DNA from: Bdellovibrio sp.
Lineage (GTDB): Bacteria; Bdellovibrionota; Bdellovibrionia; Bdellovibrionales; Bdellovibrionaceae
DNA: 22,044 nucleotides
NCBI GenBank assembly: GCA_046318155.1
Contig: JBKCUU010000020.1
Span: forward strand, 1-22,044
Direction of reading: 5' to 3'
The stretch's first letter is position 1. Each line of letters starts with the position of its first letter. The notes under the pieces were generated by a model that saw only the letters and a program-made list of their open reading frames with translations, did no database searches and was not told the origin of the DNA. This document shows positions 9,678-18,688 of the stretch, piece by piece. Position numbers and translations under genes: made by a program.

Positions 9678-9678
9678 T

Positions 9679-10659
9679 TTACAGGAATAGATTTCGGATG
9701 CGGGTCGCCAAAGCGGGGTCAATGATCTTCTCTTCGTGGAGTTGTAAGAACATCGACTCCAAATATTTGCGTAAATTTTCAGCATTTTCAGAGTGGGCCT
9801 GTAGGAGATGGTCGAGTTCGTCAGCCACGCGCACGATCTGGGCAAATTCATTAATATCAAAACCACGCAAACCCACAGGGTAACCAAAACCATTAAACTG
9901 CTCGTGGTGCTGAATAATGATGGATTTCACGATTTCAGACATCGTGATCCCTTTTTCGTCTAAAATCTCGAGCCCTCGTTGACCATGATCATACAAAAGT
10001 TGCCGTTCATTGGGCGTCAGCGCCAAAGGATCATGGGCATAAGTACTCACCCTCACCGGCAGGCGCGCAAGTCCGATGTCGTGAAGCAAAGCTCCCATCG
10101 CCACTTCAGTCAAAATTTTATGGGTCGAATAGCCGATCCCAAAACTAATCAACACCGAAAGGCTTGTCACGTTCACGGGGTGCTTATGAAAGTCGGTGCC
10201 TTTCTCGGAGAACTCCATCAGGCGCTTGAAGGCTCTTTTGCGAACGGGCGAAATATTTTGGAGAACAGATTCGATCAACATCGAGGTGATCTCATTCAAG
10301 TTTCCGACAAGGGCCTTCAGCATTGCTGGGTCTGTCGATTTAAACGTGCTACTGAGAATCGCTTTGGCCGATACGATGGCCATGTTTTTTTGTGTCACAG
10401 GATCAGGATGCTCAACCAAAGCTTGCAACCGCGCGGCCACGTACTTGACGAACTCCTTGTAATCTTCTTTGCGAATCCAAAAATTGGTGAGGTTGCCCTC
10501 GGCTAATCGCGCCAACCTATCGCTCTCGAGCGTGCCGCCTTTTTTGCGGTAGCGAAGAACTTTGTTGTTCAGCGGAAGATTAAGATACAAATCAAAGGTG
10601 ATGGCGCGTTCGGCTTCGACGTCTAAGCTCTGAATCGGAACGTAATTTTCGATTTGCAT
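9679..10659 (-). CDS. HD-GYP domain protein (cyclic di-GMP phosphodiesterase family)
   Basis: HPVNV, GALLHDIG, HGQRG, QHHEQFNGFGYPVGL and RVADELD motifs, after an uncharacterised N-terminal domain. Confidence 0.88.
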   Translation of the reverse strand: MQIENYVPIQSLDVEAERAITFDLYLNLPLNNKVLRYRKKGGTLESDRLARLAEGNLTNFWIRKEDYKEFVKYVAARLQALVEHPDPVTQKNMAIVSAKAILSSTFKSTDPAMLKALVGNLNEITSMLIESVLQNISPVRKRAFKRLMEFSEKGTDFHKHPVNVTSLSVLISFGIGYSTHKILTEVAMGALLHDIGLARLPVRVSTYAHDPLALTPNERQLLYDHGQRGLEILDEKGITMSEIVKSIIIQHHEQFNGFGYPVGLRGFDINEFAQIVRVADELDHLLQAHSENAENLRKYLESMFLQLHEEKIIDPALATRIRNLFL

Positions 10660-10762
10660 CTCTCGAGTCTAGCGAAATAGGTCCCGGGACGCTGCCTTTT
10701 TTGATCATACTTAGACCCTTGACCAGGGACGCCCCCCCCTGGCCAGCAAGCTCGACTCGACT

Positions 10763-11266
10763 TTATTTGCCGCCTAGTTCAGCTTGTGTCTGCTCGTCGG
10801 TCGGCGCCTGATGACGATCGCGGACCTCGACAACAGGCAAGCTGGCAGGCAACTGGGGCGTGTACTTGGGAATCACAACGGCTTTTGCAGGTTGAGCCGT
10901 GGGTGCGGACGGGCTCGCCAAAAACCTTTTGGCTAAGTTTTGCGCGCGCTTCTGGCGCAAATGCGCCACACGAATGTTGAAACCTGGTTGTTCGGGCGTA
11001 AAGAGCGCGCCAGGAATGACAAGCCTTTGCCCGTCACGAACGGCGCCTGCAGACTTCAGCTGATTGGCCTCTAAGATGCGAGTGTACTGGGCGCCGTCAC
11101 CGTAATAAATCTGTGACAAGAACCAAAGCGTGTCGCCTTCTTTGAATTCGTGCTGATACTTTTTTTCAGAAAAGAAGCCCGTGCCTGCATACACAAAAAT
11201 CGACATCAGCAGAACCATCAAAAAAGCCAATGAATTAAAACGTGTCACAAGAAACCTCCGCCCCAT
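10763..11266 (-). CDS. Secreted or membrane-anchored LysM peptidoglycan-binding protein
   Basis: Signal-like N-terminus from ATG 11266; single LysM HEFKEGDTLWFLSQIYYGDG..YTRILEANQL...GQRLVIP; Pro-rich tail. The longer ORF-track start overlaps the divergent phosphatase gene. Confidence 0.82.
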   Translation of the reverse strand: MGRRFLVTRFNSLAFLMVLLMSIFVYAGTGFFSEKKYQHEFKEGDTLWFLSQIYYGDGAQYTRILEANQLKSAGAVRDGQRLVIPGALFTPEQPGFNIRVAHLRQKRAQNLAKRFLASPSAPTAQPAKAVVIPKYTPQLPASLPVVEVRDRHQAPTDEQTQAELGGK

Positions 11267-11342
11267 GGTATCGCCTGATTGTCTCATTTTCTTGAAGAGG
11301 CTCGCAAGACAGCAGAAGACAAAGCGCAGTCGTTGTGTCATC

Positions 11343-11990
11343 ATGAGCCGCATGCACAAACTCTTTCTTGCTAGGCACGGCGAAACCGACTGGAACCGTC
11401 TAAGAAAACTACAGGGCCACACAGACACCCTGCTCAATAATCGCGGCCAGCTGCAGGCCCAAAGTCTGCGCGAACTTTTGTCGCAGCACAAACCGACCCA
11501 AATTTTCTCAAGCGATCTCAAACGCGCGCACCAGACTGCGCAAGCCACTTTTCCGAATCAAAAAATTGTGACTACTCCACTTTTGCGCGAAATTCATTTG
11601 GGTCAAGCCGAAGGCAAATCCCGCGAGCAGGTGCAAGCTGATTTCGGCGAACAAATCTGGAACGACTGGAGCGACTGCAATTTTTTGAAATACCAAACCC
11701 GGTTTCCCCAAGGCGAAAGTCGCCGCGAAGGACTTGATCGCCTGTTTCAACTGTTGGCGATTTTAAAAGGTGAGCAACCGCAAACGATTTTTGGATTTAC
11801 GCACGGGCTCTTGCTCCGAAGTTTTGCACATTGGACCCAGGGTCTTCAAGAACCCAAGTTTACAACGCCCAACTGCTGCGTGTACGAGTGGGACTTACCT
11901 GACCTTGATTTGGATTTTAATACTGACCGAAGCTTTCGTCCGCGTCTACGCCAAATCCTGCTCTTGCCGGATGAAGCCCTCTCGCTTTAA
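11343..11990 (+). CDS. Histidine phosphatase (phosphoglycerate mutase family)
   Basis: LFLARHGETDWN, LQG.TD..LN..G..QA, SSDLKRAHQTA, LREIHLG..EG, GES, THG, NC. Start ATG 11343 or 11352. Confidence 0.92.
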   Translation: MSRMHKLFLARHGETDWNRLRKLQGHTDTLLNNRGQLQAQSLRELLSQHKPTQIFSSDLKRAHQTAQATFPNQKIVTTPLLREIHLGQAEGKSREQVQADFGEQIWNDWSDCNFLKYQTRFPQGESRREGLDRLFQLLAILKGEQPQTIFGFTHGLLLRSFAHWTQGLQEPKFTTPNCCVYEWDLPDLDLDFNTDRSFRPRLRQILLLPDEALSL

Positions 11991-12055
11991 CCAGGAGCTG
12001 CAAAAGACTTGCCGCGAGCTTGACTCGAGTCTGACCTTTCATGCGATAACGACTC

Positions 12056-12982
12056 ATGCCCCGCCAGCGACAAGGCGCCTACCGCCAGTCATTTTTTAAA
12101 CCCGAGGACATGCGCCAATTTTGGCAGCAGCACCACCTGAAGCTTAAAGCCCTTCGTTCAGATTTTGAACGAGGTCTTTTGTCAGAAGCTGAACTCGTCG
12201 GCGCTTTTCTGCTTCAGGTGTGGCACTGGGCCCGGCCCAAATCCTGGTCCAATGGTCCACGGGCTCAAAGGGCGGGCGAGGCGCTTGTCCCGCAAACATC
12301 TCCTCTGTGGAGTGTGCAACAGCTTCGCATGAGAGGCTTGCCGCCCGAGTTTGCCGATATTCTCATCGGCTGGCATTTTGGGCAAATTCCGCTCACTTTG
12401 TATTTTTCGATTCCCGATGCGGATCACGTTTTGCTGTCACAAACGCAAGGAGCAAGATGTGTGAGTCTTCTGATCCAAGACGAAGAGCAGTTTATCGCGG
12501 GCGGCGAGCATCGTGACAGCTTTAGCTTTGCATTACATGACTTGATTCATGCCTCACATTTTTTCGGTGATCCCAGTCACTATCGGCGCCAGGTTTTTTT
12601 CTCGCGCCTGATGCAAAGCTTAAATGAGCACCCCGAACTCGGACGACTGAAGAACACACATCCCAAATTTGCAGGCGATTTGGATTATCTGACCTCGGAC
12701 ATGAACACGCACTGGATTCATTCTCTGAAGTGCTTAAAGTCGCTCTTTACCCGCGAGGACGTTGGTCATTTTCCGCTCGAGACCGAGGTGCAGCGGTTTT
12801 TGGCTCTTCAGGACCACAAAAGTCGGGTCCGCTTTTCTTTGTACTGGAACAACCTCAATACGCAAGACGAGTGCGAAGCGACCCGCCAAGATTTGCATCA
12901 ACTACTTGAAAATTTGCTGCGAGAGCTCGACTATCCGGTCCGTGGCTTGATCCACCTTGAAAGGGATCAATCGCGCAGGTAG
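12056..12982 (+). CDS. Hypothetical protein with HDxxH and DMNxH motifs
   Basis: 308-aa ORF filling the gap between same-strand genes, with globular composition; SFALHDLIHASHF and DYLTSDMNTH. No family recognised. Confidence 0.7.
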   Translation: MPRQRQGAYRQSFFKPEDMRQFWQQHHLKLKALRSDFERGLLSEAELVGAFLLQVWHWARPKSWSNGPRAQRAGEALVPQTSPLWSVQQLRMRGLPPEFADILIGWHFGQIPLTLYFSIPDADHVLLSQTQGARCVSLLIQDEEQFIAGGEHRDSFSFALHDLIHASHFFGDPSHYRRQVFFSRLMQSLNEHPELGRLKNTHPKFAGDLDYLTSDMNTHWIHSLKCLKSLFTREDVGHFPLETEVQRFLALQDHKSRVRFSLYWNNLNTQDECEATRQDLHQLLENLLRELDYPVRGLIHLERDQSRR

Positions 12983-13110
12983 CGGTTCGTCAACGCGATC
13001 ATGGAATTCGTCTAGACGTCGCCGCAGCAAATCAACCTAAGTCTAGTTTCAAGATGGAACCAGAGCCGTTTTTTGACAGCCTGTCTGTTCGCTAGCCAGG
13101 CTATGGTCAT

Positions 13111-13977
13111 ATGTTAGAAACAATCTTGTCTCTCTTCTTCTTTGTGCAGGCACCTGCTGACAACTACAGCCTGATCACCGATGCCCTGATCCAAATTGCT
13201 GCTCGCAATCCGCAAACGAGCCAGGTTTTTCAGCTCGGAATGTCTGACTCTGGAAAACCGATTCTGGGTCTTCAGGTCGGAAACGGCGGCGGAACACCGG
13301 TTTTGATCGTCGCCACTCACCACGGCAACGAATATGGTTCGGCCGCGGTTGCAATGGGTGCGGCCGAAGCGTTCGCGCAGGATCCGCTTAAAAACCGAAC
13401 CGTGTACATCATCCCCGTGCTGAATATTTCGGGGTACAACGCGCGCACTCGACAAGAGCGAACGGCGCGCGGCTCGATTGACCCTAACCGCGATTACCCT
13501 GGACCTTGCGCGACAGCGGGACCTTTTTATTCAAAAGCGACCAAAGCACTTGCCGATTTTGTCGTGCAAAAAAATATTGTGAGCTCGGCGACCCTACACA
13601 CGTTCTCACCCGCCGTGCTCTATCCCTGGGGATTTTCAACGCGTGATGTTTCAACGGCCTACGATTCACTCTTTCTCAACTTAGCAAAAGCAGCAGCGGT
13701 CGAAAGCCGTTACGATGTCGGCAATTCGAAAGAGCTCCTTTATGCAGCTGACGGGACTTTTGAAGACTACGTTTTTTGGAAACACGGCGTGTGGTCGCTG
13801 TTGTTTGAAATGGGTTTCTCTCACTCTCCGGGACAAAATGCGGTGAAAGAGATGATTCAGGTGAATGTTCCGGGCCTTCGCCGATTTCTAGAGACGGCAC
13901 CTGATACCCGAGCGGCCGACCATGAATTTCGCGGCGTCTGTGATATGAGTCAGCCCAAACGCGTTCGCCTTGAGTAG
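13111..13977 (+). CDS. M14-family zinc carboxypeptidase, probably exported
   Basis: HGNE zinc motif, IPVLNISGY, DPNRDYP, TLHT (third ligand), LYPWG, GTFEDY, LFEMG (catalytic Glu); short hydrophobic N-terminus. Confidence 0.9.
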   Translation: MLETILSLFFFVQAPADNYSLITDALIQIAARNPQTSQVFQLGMSDSGKPILGLQVGNGGGTPVLIVATHHGNEYGSAAVAMGAAEAFAQDPLKNRTVYIIPVLNISGYNARTRQERTARGSIDPNRDYPGPCATAGPFYSKATKALADFVVQKNIVSSATLHTFSPAVLYPWGFSTRDVSTAYDSLFLNLAKAAAVESRYDVGNSKELLYAADGTFEDYVFWKHGVWSLLFEMGFSHSPGQNAVKEMIQVNVPGLRRFLETAPDTRAADHEFRGVCDMSQPKRVRLE

Positions 13978-14114
13978 AAAAGACTGCCCAACACGAGTTA
14001 GAAAATATTGCAGTCTCGACAAAAACAGAATTGAATTCAAAAATGGGCGACCGTCCACAAAAGCGTCTCATAGGGCTCGACAGGCGGTCAACGCGTGGTC
14101 TAAGATCTTCTTGG

Positions 14115-16379
14115 ATGACACAGCTTGCACCTCTTATTCGCGACCTGGCATTTTTGCTTCTGACGGCCGCCTCCACGACATTGATCTTTCGTTTTTTACG
14201 TCTGCCCATCGTCATCGGCTATTTGGTCGCCGGGATTTTGTTAAGTCCACACGTTCCGTGGACCCCCAACTTGATCGACGTTCACAGTCTTGAGGTTTGG
14301 GCCGAGATCGGTGTGATTTTTTTGCTGTTTGGCTTGGGTCTTGAGTTCAGTTATCGGCGATTGATGTCCGTGGGTCGCGGCGCTTTTATTACCGGCGCTT
14401 TTGAGATGACGTTTATGTTTGCGATCGGAACTCTTGTGGGCCGTGTGCTTGGATTTTTGACTCTCGAAAGTTTGTTCTTGGGCGGTGCGATGGCCATTTC
14501 ATCCAGCTCCATCGTGGTTCGAAGCGTTGCCGAGCTCAAGCTCAAGGGGCGCAGCTTTGTGAATATGGTTTACGGCATCTTAGTCGTCGAAGACTTAGTT
14601 GCGATTATACTGCTCGTGATACTCGGCGCTCTGTCACAAAGTCAGGCCCTCGCTGGTTCAGAGATTTTGATGACGTTTCTGCGTCTGGGCTTCTTTTTGG
14701 TGGCCTGGTTCGTTGCAGGGACTTACCTCATTCCGATCCTCCTTCGAAAATTGCGCCACTTGTTGACCGGAGAAACGACCTTAATTGTTTCAGTTGGTTT
14801 ATGTTTGATGATGGTGTTTGCCGCGACAGAGGCCGGCTTTTCGTCAGCACTCGGTGCGTTCTTGATGGGTTCAATTTTGGCTGGGACACCTGAAGGTCAT
14901 CAAATTGAAGAAAAAATCTCGTCGCTTAAAGATTTGTTCTCTTCGATCTTTTTTGTCTCGATCGGGATGCTCATTGACCTCAGCGAACTGTGGAACAACT
15001 TAGGGACGGTTGGGGCCGTCACCATCACGCTCATCCTTGGTAAGTTTGTCGCGGTGACGATCGGCTCTTTGTTGGCGGGTCATTCTTACCGCCACTCGAT
15101 CCAGTCGGCGACAGCTCTGGCGCAAATCGGAGAGTTCTCCTTTTTAATGGCAAAGCTGGGGCAAAACTACGGCGTCTTGTCAGATCGGTTTTTTCCATTG
15201 GTCGTATTGGTTTCGGCACTCTCTAGTTTTGCGACACCGTTCCTGTTGAAAAGCGCGGACCAGATCGCAAGTTCGACCGAAGCCCGCCTCCCGATGGGGT
15301 TAAAAAGTGCCTTGCTGGCTTATCAACAAAGTTTGCAATCGGTTTCCACTCAAGGTGCTTTTCGCCTCTTAAGTCAAATTTACGGTGCGAAGATGTTGAT
15401 CAATACCGTGGTCATTTTAGGCATCACCATTTTGATGCGAAGGGTGGTTCACCCTCTCGTGCTACAATCAGATATATTACCGCTTTATGGAGCGCAAGTT
15501 TTGATGATGTCGGCGACGGTACTCTTGAGTCTTCCATTTTTTTGGGCTTTGCTTTTGGGGCGTGCTGCGGCGTTGGCCGAGCTTGATGCGCTAACTCGGC
15601 AAAAACTAAGGTCTTTGACGATCGGGCTATTTATCTTTCGCTCGGCGCTGACTTTATTGTTGCTTGTTTTTATGGTGAATCAGTTTTTAAGTTCGCGCTC
15701 GGTCAGTTGGATGCTGGTGGGCCTGACGATTGCGATGACGCTGATGAAATCCAGCATTGAAAAAGCGTACCACCGCATTGAATCGCAGTTCTTAGATCAT
15801 TTAAATGAACGCGAGCGAAAAGAAATGGCTTCAGCTCGAAGTGCACCCGCACTAGCGCCTTGGGATGCCCAGCTTGTCGAAATAAGACTCTCGCCCGAGG
15901 CTCCGGTCATTGGTCAGACCCTGATGGAATCAAAGCTGAAAGAAGAATATGGGATCACCATCGCGCTGATCGAGCGAGGCGCCAAAAAGATCTTAGCCCC
16001 GCAGCGCGAAGAGCGCCTCTACCCGTCTGATAAGCTCTTCGTGATCGGAAATGAGGACCAAGTCTTGCTCGCTCGCAGCTATCTTGAAACCACGGTGCTC
16101 CCCGACTCTGAAGACCTGCTTCTTGAATTTGGTCTGGATTCGTTTCAACTTTCGCCCGCGTCGAAAGCGGTCGGCAAAAACATCCGCGAGTGCGGCCTAC
16201 GTGAAGAACTTGAGGCTCTCATCGTCGGGATCGAGCGAGCCGGCCAACGCATTTTGAATCCAGACTCGGGTCTGGTTTTACATGCTTACGACGTGGTTTG
16301 GGTCGTGGGCTCTCGGCAAAAAATAAAGACCTACAAATTTAACGAAGAGACTCAGATCTCAACTCGCTTAATGACTTAA
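14115..16379 (+). CDS. CPA2 cation:proton antiporter with two C-terminal TrkA-C (RCK_C) domains
   Basis: P.VIGYLVAG, EIGVIFLLFGLGLEFS, AISSS, GILVVED, LGAFLMG, LKDLF..IFFVSIG, LAQIGEFSF; two repeats of G..L.E..L.E..G..I..IER.G. ATG 14115 (MTQLAPLIRDLA) preferred over TTG 14031. Confidence 0.92.
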   Translation: MTQLAPLIRDLAFLLLTAASTTLIFRFLRLPIVIGYLVAGILLSPHVPWTPNLIDVHSLEVWAEIGVIFLLFGLGLEFSYRRLMSVGRGAFITGAFEMTFMFAIGTLVGRVLGFLTLESLFLGGAMAISSSSIVVRSVAELKLKGRSFVNMVYGILVVEDLVAIILLVILGALSQSQALAGSEILMTFLRLGFFLVAWFVAGTYLIPILLRKLRHLLTGETTLIVSVGLCLMMVFAATEAGFSSALGAFLMGSILAGTPEGHQIEEKISSLKDLFSSIFFVSIGMLIDLSELWNNLGTVGAVTITLILGKFVAVTIGSLLAGHSYRHSIQSATALAQIGEFSFLMAKLGQNYGVLSDRFFPLVVLVSALSSFATPFLLKSADQIASSTEARLPMGLKSALLAYQQSLQSVSTQGAFRLLSQIYGAKMLINTVVILGITILMRRVVHPLVLQSDILPLYGAQVLMMSATVLLSLPFFWALLLGRAAALAELDALTRQKLRSLTIGLFIFRSALTLLLLVFMVNQFLSSRSVSWMLVGLTIAMTLMKSSIEKAYHRIESQFLDHLNERERKEMASARSAPALAPWDAQLVEIRLSPEAPVIGQTLMESKLKEEYGITIALIERGAKKILAPQREERLYPSDKLFVIGNEDQVLLARSYLETTVLPDSEDLLLEFGLDSFQLSPASKAVGKNIRECGLREELEALIVGIERAGQRILNPDSGLVLHAYDVVWVVGSRQKIKTYKFNEETQISTRLMT

Positions 16380-16392
16380 CTGATGACTTTGT

Positions 16393-16980
16393 TTACCACC
16401 AATGAAGGCCCGAAGCGATGGGACCATTATCACGGTGGTTCTTGAACAAATCTTGATACCGTTTTTTTGATGTCTTTATTTTTTCGTGCTTGATCTTGAG
16501 CAAGTAGCGCTCCGCCACCCACACATTTCGTTTTGAAGATCGCCAGTTGCATTTTGACTCATCCAAATGCGCCACTCGAAACGCGGTCACTTTACCCGTG
16601 TCATCAACGTAAGGATCACAGTAGCTTTCGGCAAGCGCTCGCCAAGTTTTGAACTTGGGCGCGCGTCCATGTAGGCCTTCTTCCCGGCTGCGAGAAATCG
16701 AACCCCAGAGTCCCTTTTCTTCAAACACGTAAACCACGTGATCCAAACCGTCTTGTGACTCTAAACTCATGACCCGGGGTGGGTGGCCGTGTTTTTCTAA
16801 AATCGCGGCCGCGATAAACGAGGCTTCAAGGCAATGACAAGTCTGATGCACGAGTGCCTGTTCGGCGGACCTTAAGGTCACGCCATTTAATTCTTGATTA
16901 TAAGTGAGGCGCCGCAAAAACAGCTGCACCTCTTGAGGCGTTCGGAGCTTCTGAGCCCAGGCCTCGATCTTTGATCTCAT
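16393..16980 (-). CDS. Hypothetical protein, probable transglutaminase-like/cysteine-protease fold
   Basis: 195-aa ORF; YN, helix-start Cys in CHCLEASFIAAAIL, then DHVVYVF...WGSISRS. Confidence 0.65.
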   Translation of the reverse strand: MRSKIEAWAQKLRTPQEVQLFLRRLTYNQELNGVTLRSAEQALVHQTCHCLEASFIAAAILEKHGHPPRVMSLESQDGLDHVVYVFEEKGLWGSISRSREEGLHGRAPKFKTWRALAESYCDPYVDDTGKVTAFRVAHLDESKCNWRSSKRNVWVAERYLLKIKHEKIKTSKKRYQDLFKNHRDNGPIASGLHWW

Positions 16981-17013
16981 CCCATTATTGTGCCTTTGGA
17001 CTGGCTTGCTGGG

Positions 17014-17035
17014 TATATGTAACTTATATGTACAT
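17014..17035. promoter_or_regulatory. Candidate transcription-factor operator (direct repeat plus palindrome)
   Basis: TATATGTA at 17014-17021 and 17025-17032 (11-bp period); ATGTACAT palindrome at 17028-17035; lies in a divergent intergenic region. Confidence 0.4.
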
Positions 17036-17312
17036 CATGAGGCTCAGGCTTTGCCGTCTGGCGAATTCCGGGGCTGGGCGAACGAGATCAAAGCTCCTAC
17101 TAAAAACTGAGATCCTCAAATTCTTTCCCTTTTTTTCAGGCCAGGGCGCCAATTTGTCGTTTCTGAGCAGCCGTTCGATTTGATGCCCAATATACCGCAC
17201 CTGGCTTGGCCCAAACACTGCCTAGACAAGAAATCGAGGCCACTAAAAATACGTTATCCGAAGTGTTTGATGTCAAGCGGCACACTGAGGTGCGACTGAG
17301 AGGGAGTCTTTT

Positions 17313-18461
17313 CTGAAAGCCTGGGTTCTGTTTGCTTCAGCCGTGATGATCATCGGATGTGAGAAAAACTCATTCGAAGTCACGCGCGCGACCTCCCACC
17401 TTGCCGCAGAAACTCAAGACCCCCAAGCTCGCCGCGCTCAACTTCCCACACCTCCGCCCGCAAAACATGACCAAGAACCAAAGGCGCCTCAGATTCCCAC
17501 GCTTCCCGGTCCAACGCCCGCGCCTTCTGCCACGCCTTCGATCCCCAACACCGCGGGCGGCGGCACGCCAAGGCCTCACCAAGAGTTTCAGCCCGGCCCC
17601 TTGCCAACGCCTGATGCTCCCAATTTTGTCGTTCCCGATGGCAAGCCCGCGACCCCCAACCTTGTTCCCAATCAAACAAGTGCCGAAGAAAAGGAGCTCG
17701 ACATCGAGCCCGCCACTGAATTTGATCAACGGCCTTTATCGAAAGAGTTTCACCAAAGCGGACAGCCAAAATTTTCTTACACCGAGCGACTGAACCGTCG
17801 CTTCAGCGCCGTTTTAAACAAAGCCAAACCCATGGAATCGCTCAGCCGCAAAGACCAAGACAAATGGAAAAAGATTTTTGATGAAATCCAAAAAGTCGCC
17901 AATACCGAAGCCGGCGTGCCCAAGCGTTTGCTCTTTATCGATAAAAAAGAGGCGATCGAGCGTTCAAAATCTTTTGAAAAAGATGGGGTCTCTTCACCTG
18001 AAGGCGCACACTCAATCGCCGTCGATGCGACCGCTCCCCGTCATGGTTTTGCGGATCGTCCTTGTGCTGAGTTTATGTCCGAGATCATTCGCCAGGCTTA
18101 TCAGCGCGCCGGCATTGCGCTCAATGAGGACTTTAACTCACAAGACCGCAATGAATTGGTCTGGAGTGAAACCGCTGCCGTTGAAGGCCTGCGCAATGCC
18201 TTGATCAAAGCCGGGTGGACAATGTGGGACACGGCTGAGTTTAAACCCATCATTGGCGCCGTGATCATGCATCAAGTGGGCGACACACCTGGGCACACCT
18301 ACATGTCGGGTTCGGACAATGGCTTAGTCGTGATCGACAACGGCTCGCCTCGGGGCCGCGACTTAAGAAAATCAACTTTAAAACTGATTAAATTCATGTA
18401 CCACGGCGGGTTGTTTTTGCTTCCACCCGGAATCACCCCGGCGAAGTGGAGTTCTCAATGA
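17313..18461 (+). CDS. Lipoprotein with Pro-rich linker and C-terminal NlpC/P60- or CHAP-like Cys-His domain (putative peptidoglycan amidase/peptidase)
   Basis: AGGGAG (17301-17306), 6 nt, then CTG gives MKAWVLFASAVMIIG-C (lipobox). C-terminal CAEFMSEII...AG, L..AGW, KPIIGAVI, PGHTYM, VIDN. ORF-track start is 17343. Confidence 0.7.
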   Translation: MKAWVLFASAVMIIGCEKNSFEVTRATSHLAAETQDPQARRAQLPTPPPAKHDQEPKAPQIPTLPGPTPAPSATPSIPNTAGGGTPRPHQEFQPGPLPTPDAPNFVVPDGKPATPNLVPNQTSAEEKELDIEPATEFDQRPLSKEFHQSGQPKFSYTERLNRRFSAVLNKAKPMESLSRKDQDKWKKIFDEIQKVANTEAGVPKRLLFIDKKEAIERSKSFEKDGVSSPEGAHSIAVDATAPRHGFADRPCAEFMSEIIRQAYQRAGIALNEDFNSQDRNELVWSETAAVEGLRNALIKAGWTMWDTAEFKPIIGAVIMHQVGDTPGHTYMSGSDNGLVVIDNGSPRGRDLRKSTLKLIKFMYHGGLFLLPPGITPAKWSSQ

Positions 18462-18688
18462 AACGCACTCAAAAAAAAATTGGCACCGCGAAAACATCTT
18501 TGCGTGACGACATCATCAATATCGCACTCGTAACGGCAACCGCTTTGTTTTTACTGGTCTTTGCATCAAAAGCTCAAGCCGACGATGCACCCACCAAGCA
18601 CCGGATCGCAGTGCTCGATCGCTTGCACGCCGAACAATTGTGTGCTTTAAACACCAAACAACAGGCCTCGCCAAGGAGCACTTTATGA
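18458..18688 (+). CDS. Small exported or membrane protein (76 aa)
   Basis: ATGA overlaps at both ends; basic N-terminus, hydrophobic core IALVTATALFLLVF, AQA-D signal peptidase site. Confidence 0.65.
   Translation: MKRTQKKIGTAKTSLRDDIINIALVTATALFLLVFASKAQADDAPTKHRIAVLDRLHAEQLCALNTKQQASPRSTL

Noticed and set aside
10700..10720. GGGTCTAAG-TATGAT on the minus strand, resembling part of a c-di-GMP-I riboswitch upstream of the HD-GYP gene
   Set aside because: No GGCAAA/GNRA/GCAAA first hairpin and no stem between the receptor halves.
11181..11548. Apparent long overlap between LysM ORF 10763-11548 and phosphatase ORF 11181-11990
   Set aside because: Disappears with the realistic starts 11266 (-) and 11343 (+).
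16971..17218. Small ORFs 16971-17183 (+) and 17024-17218 (-)
   Set aside because: No RBS or recognisable features; better explained as a divergent promoter region.
10660..17230. GTCT(A/C) half-sites and short palindromes in several spacers (e.g. CGTCTAGACG 13009-13018, GACTCGAGTC 12022-12031)
   Set aside because: Too short, without consistent spacing; not distinguishable from chance without a genome-wide count.
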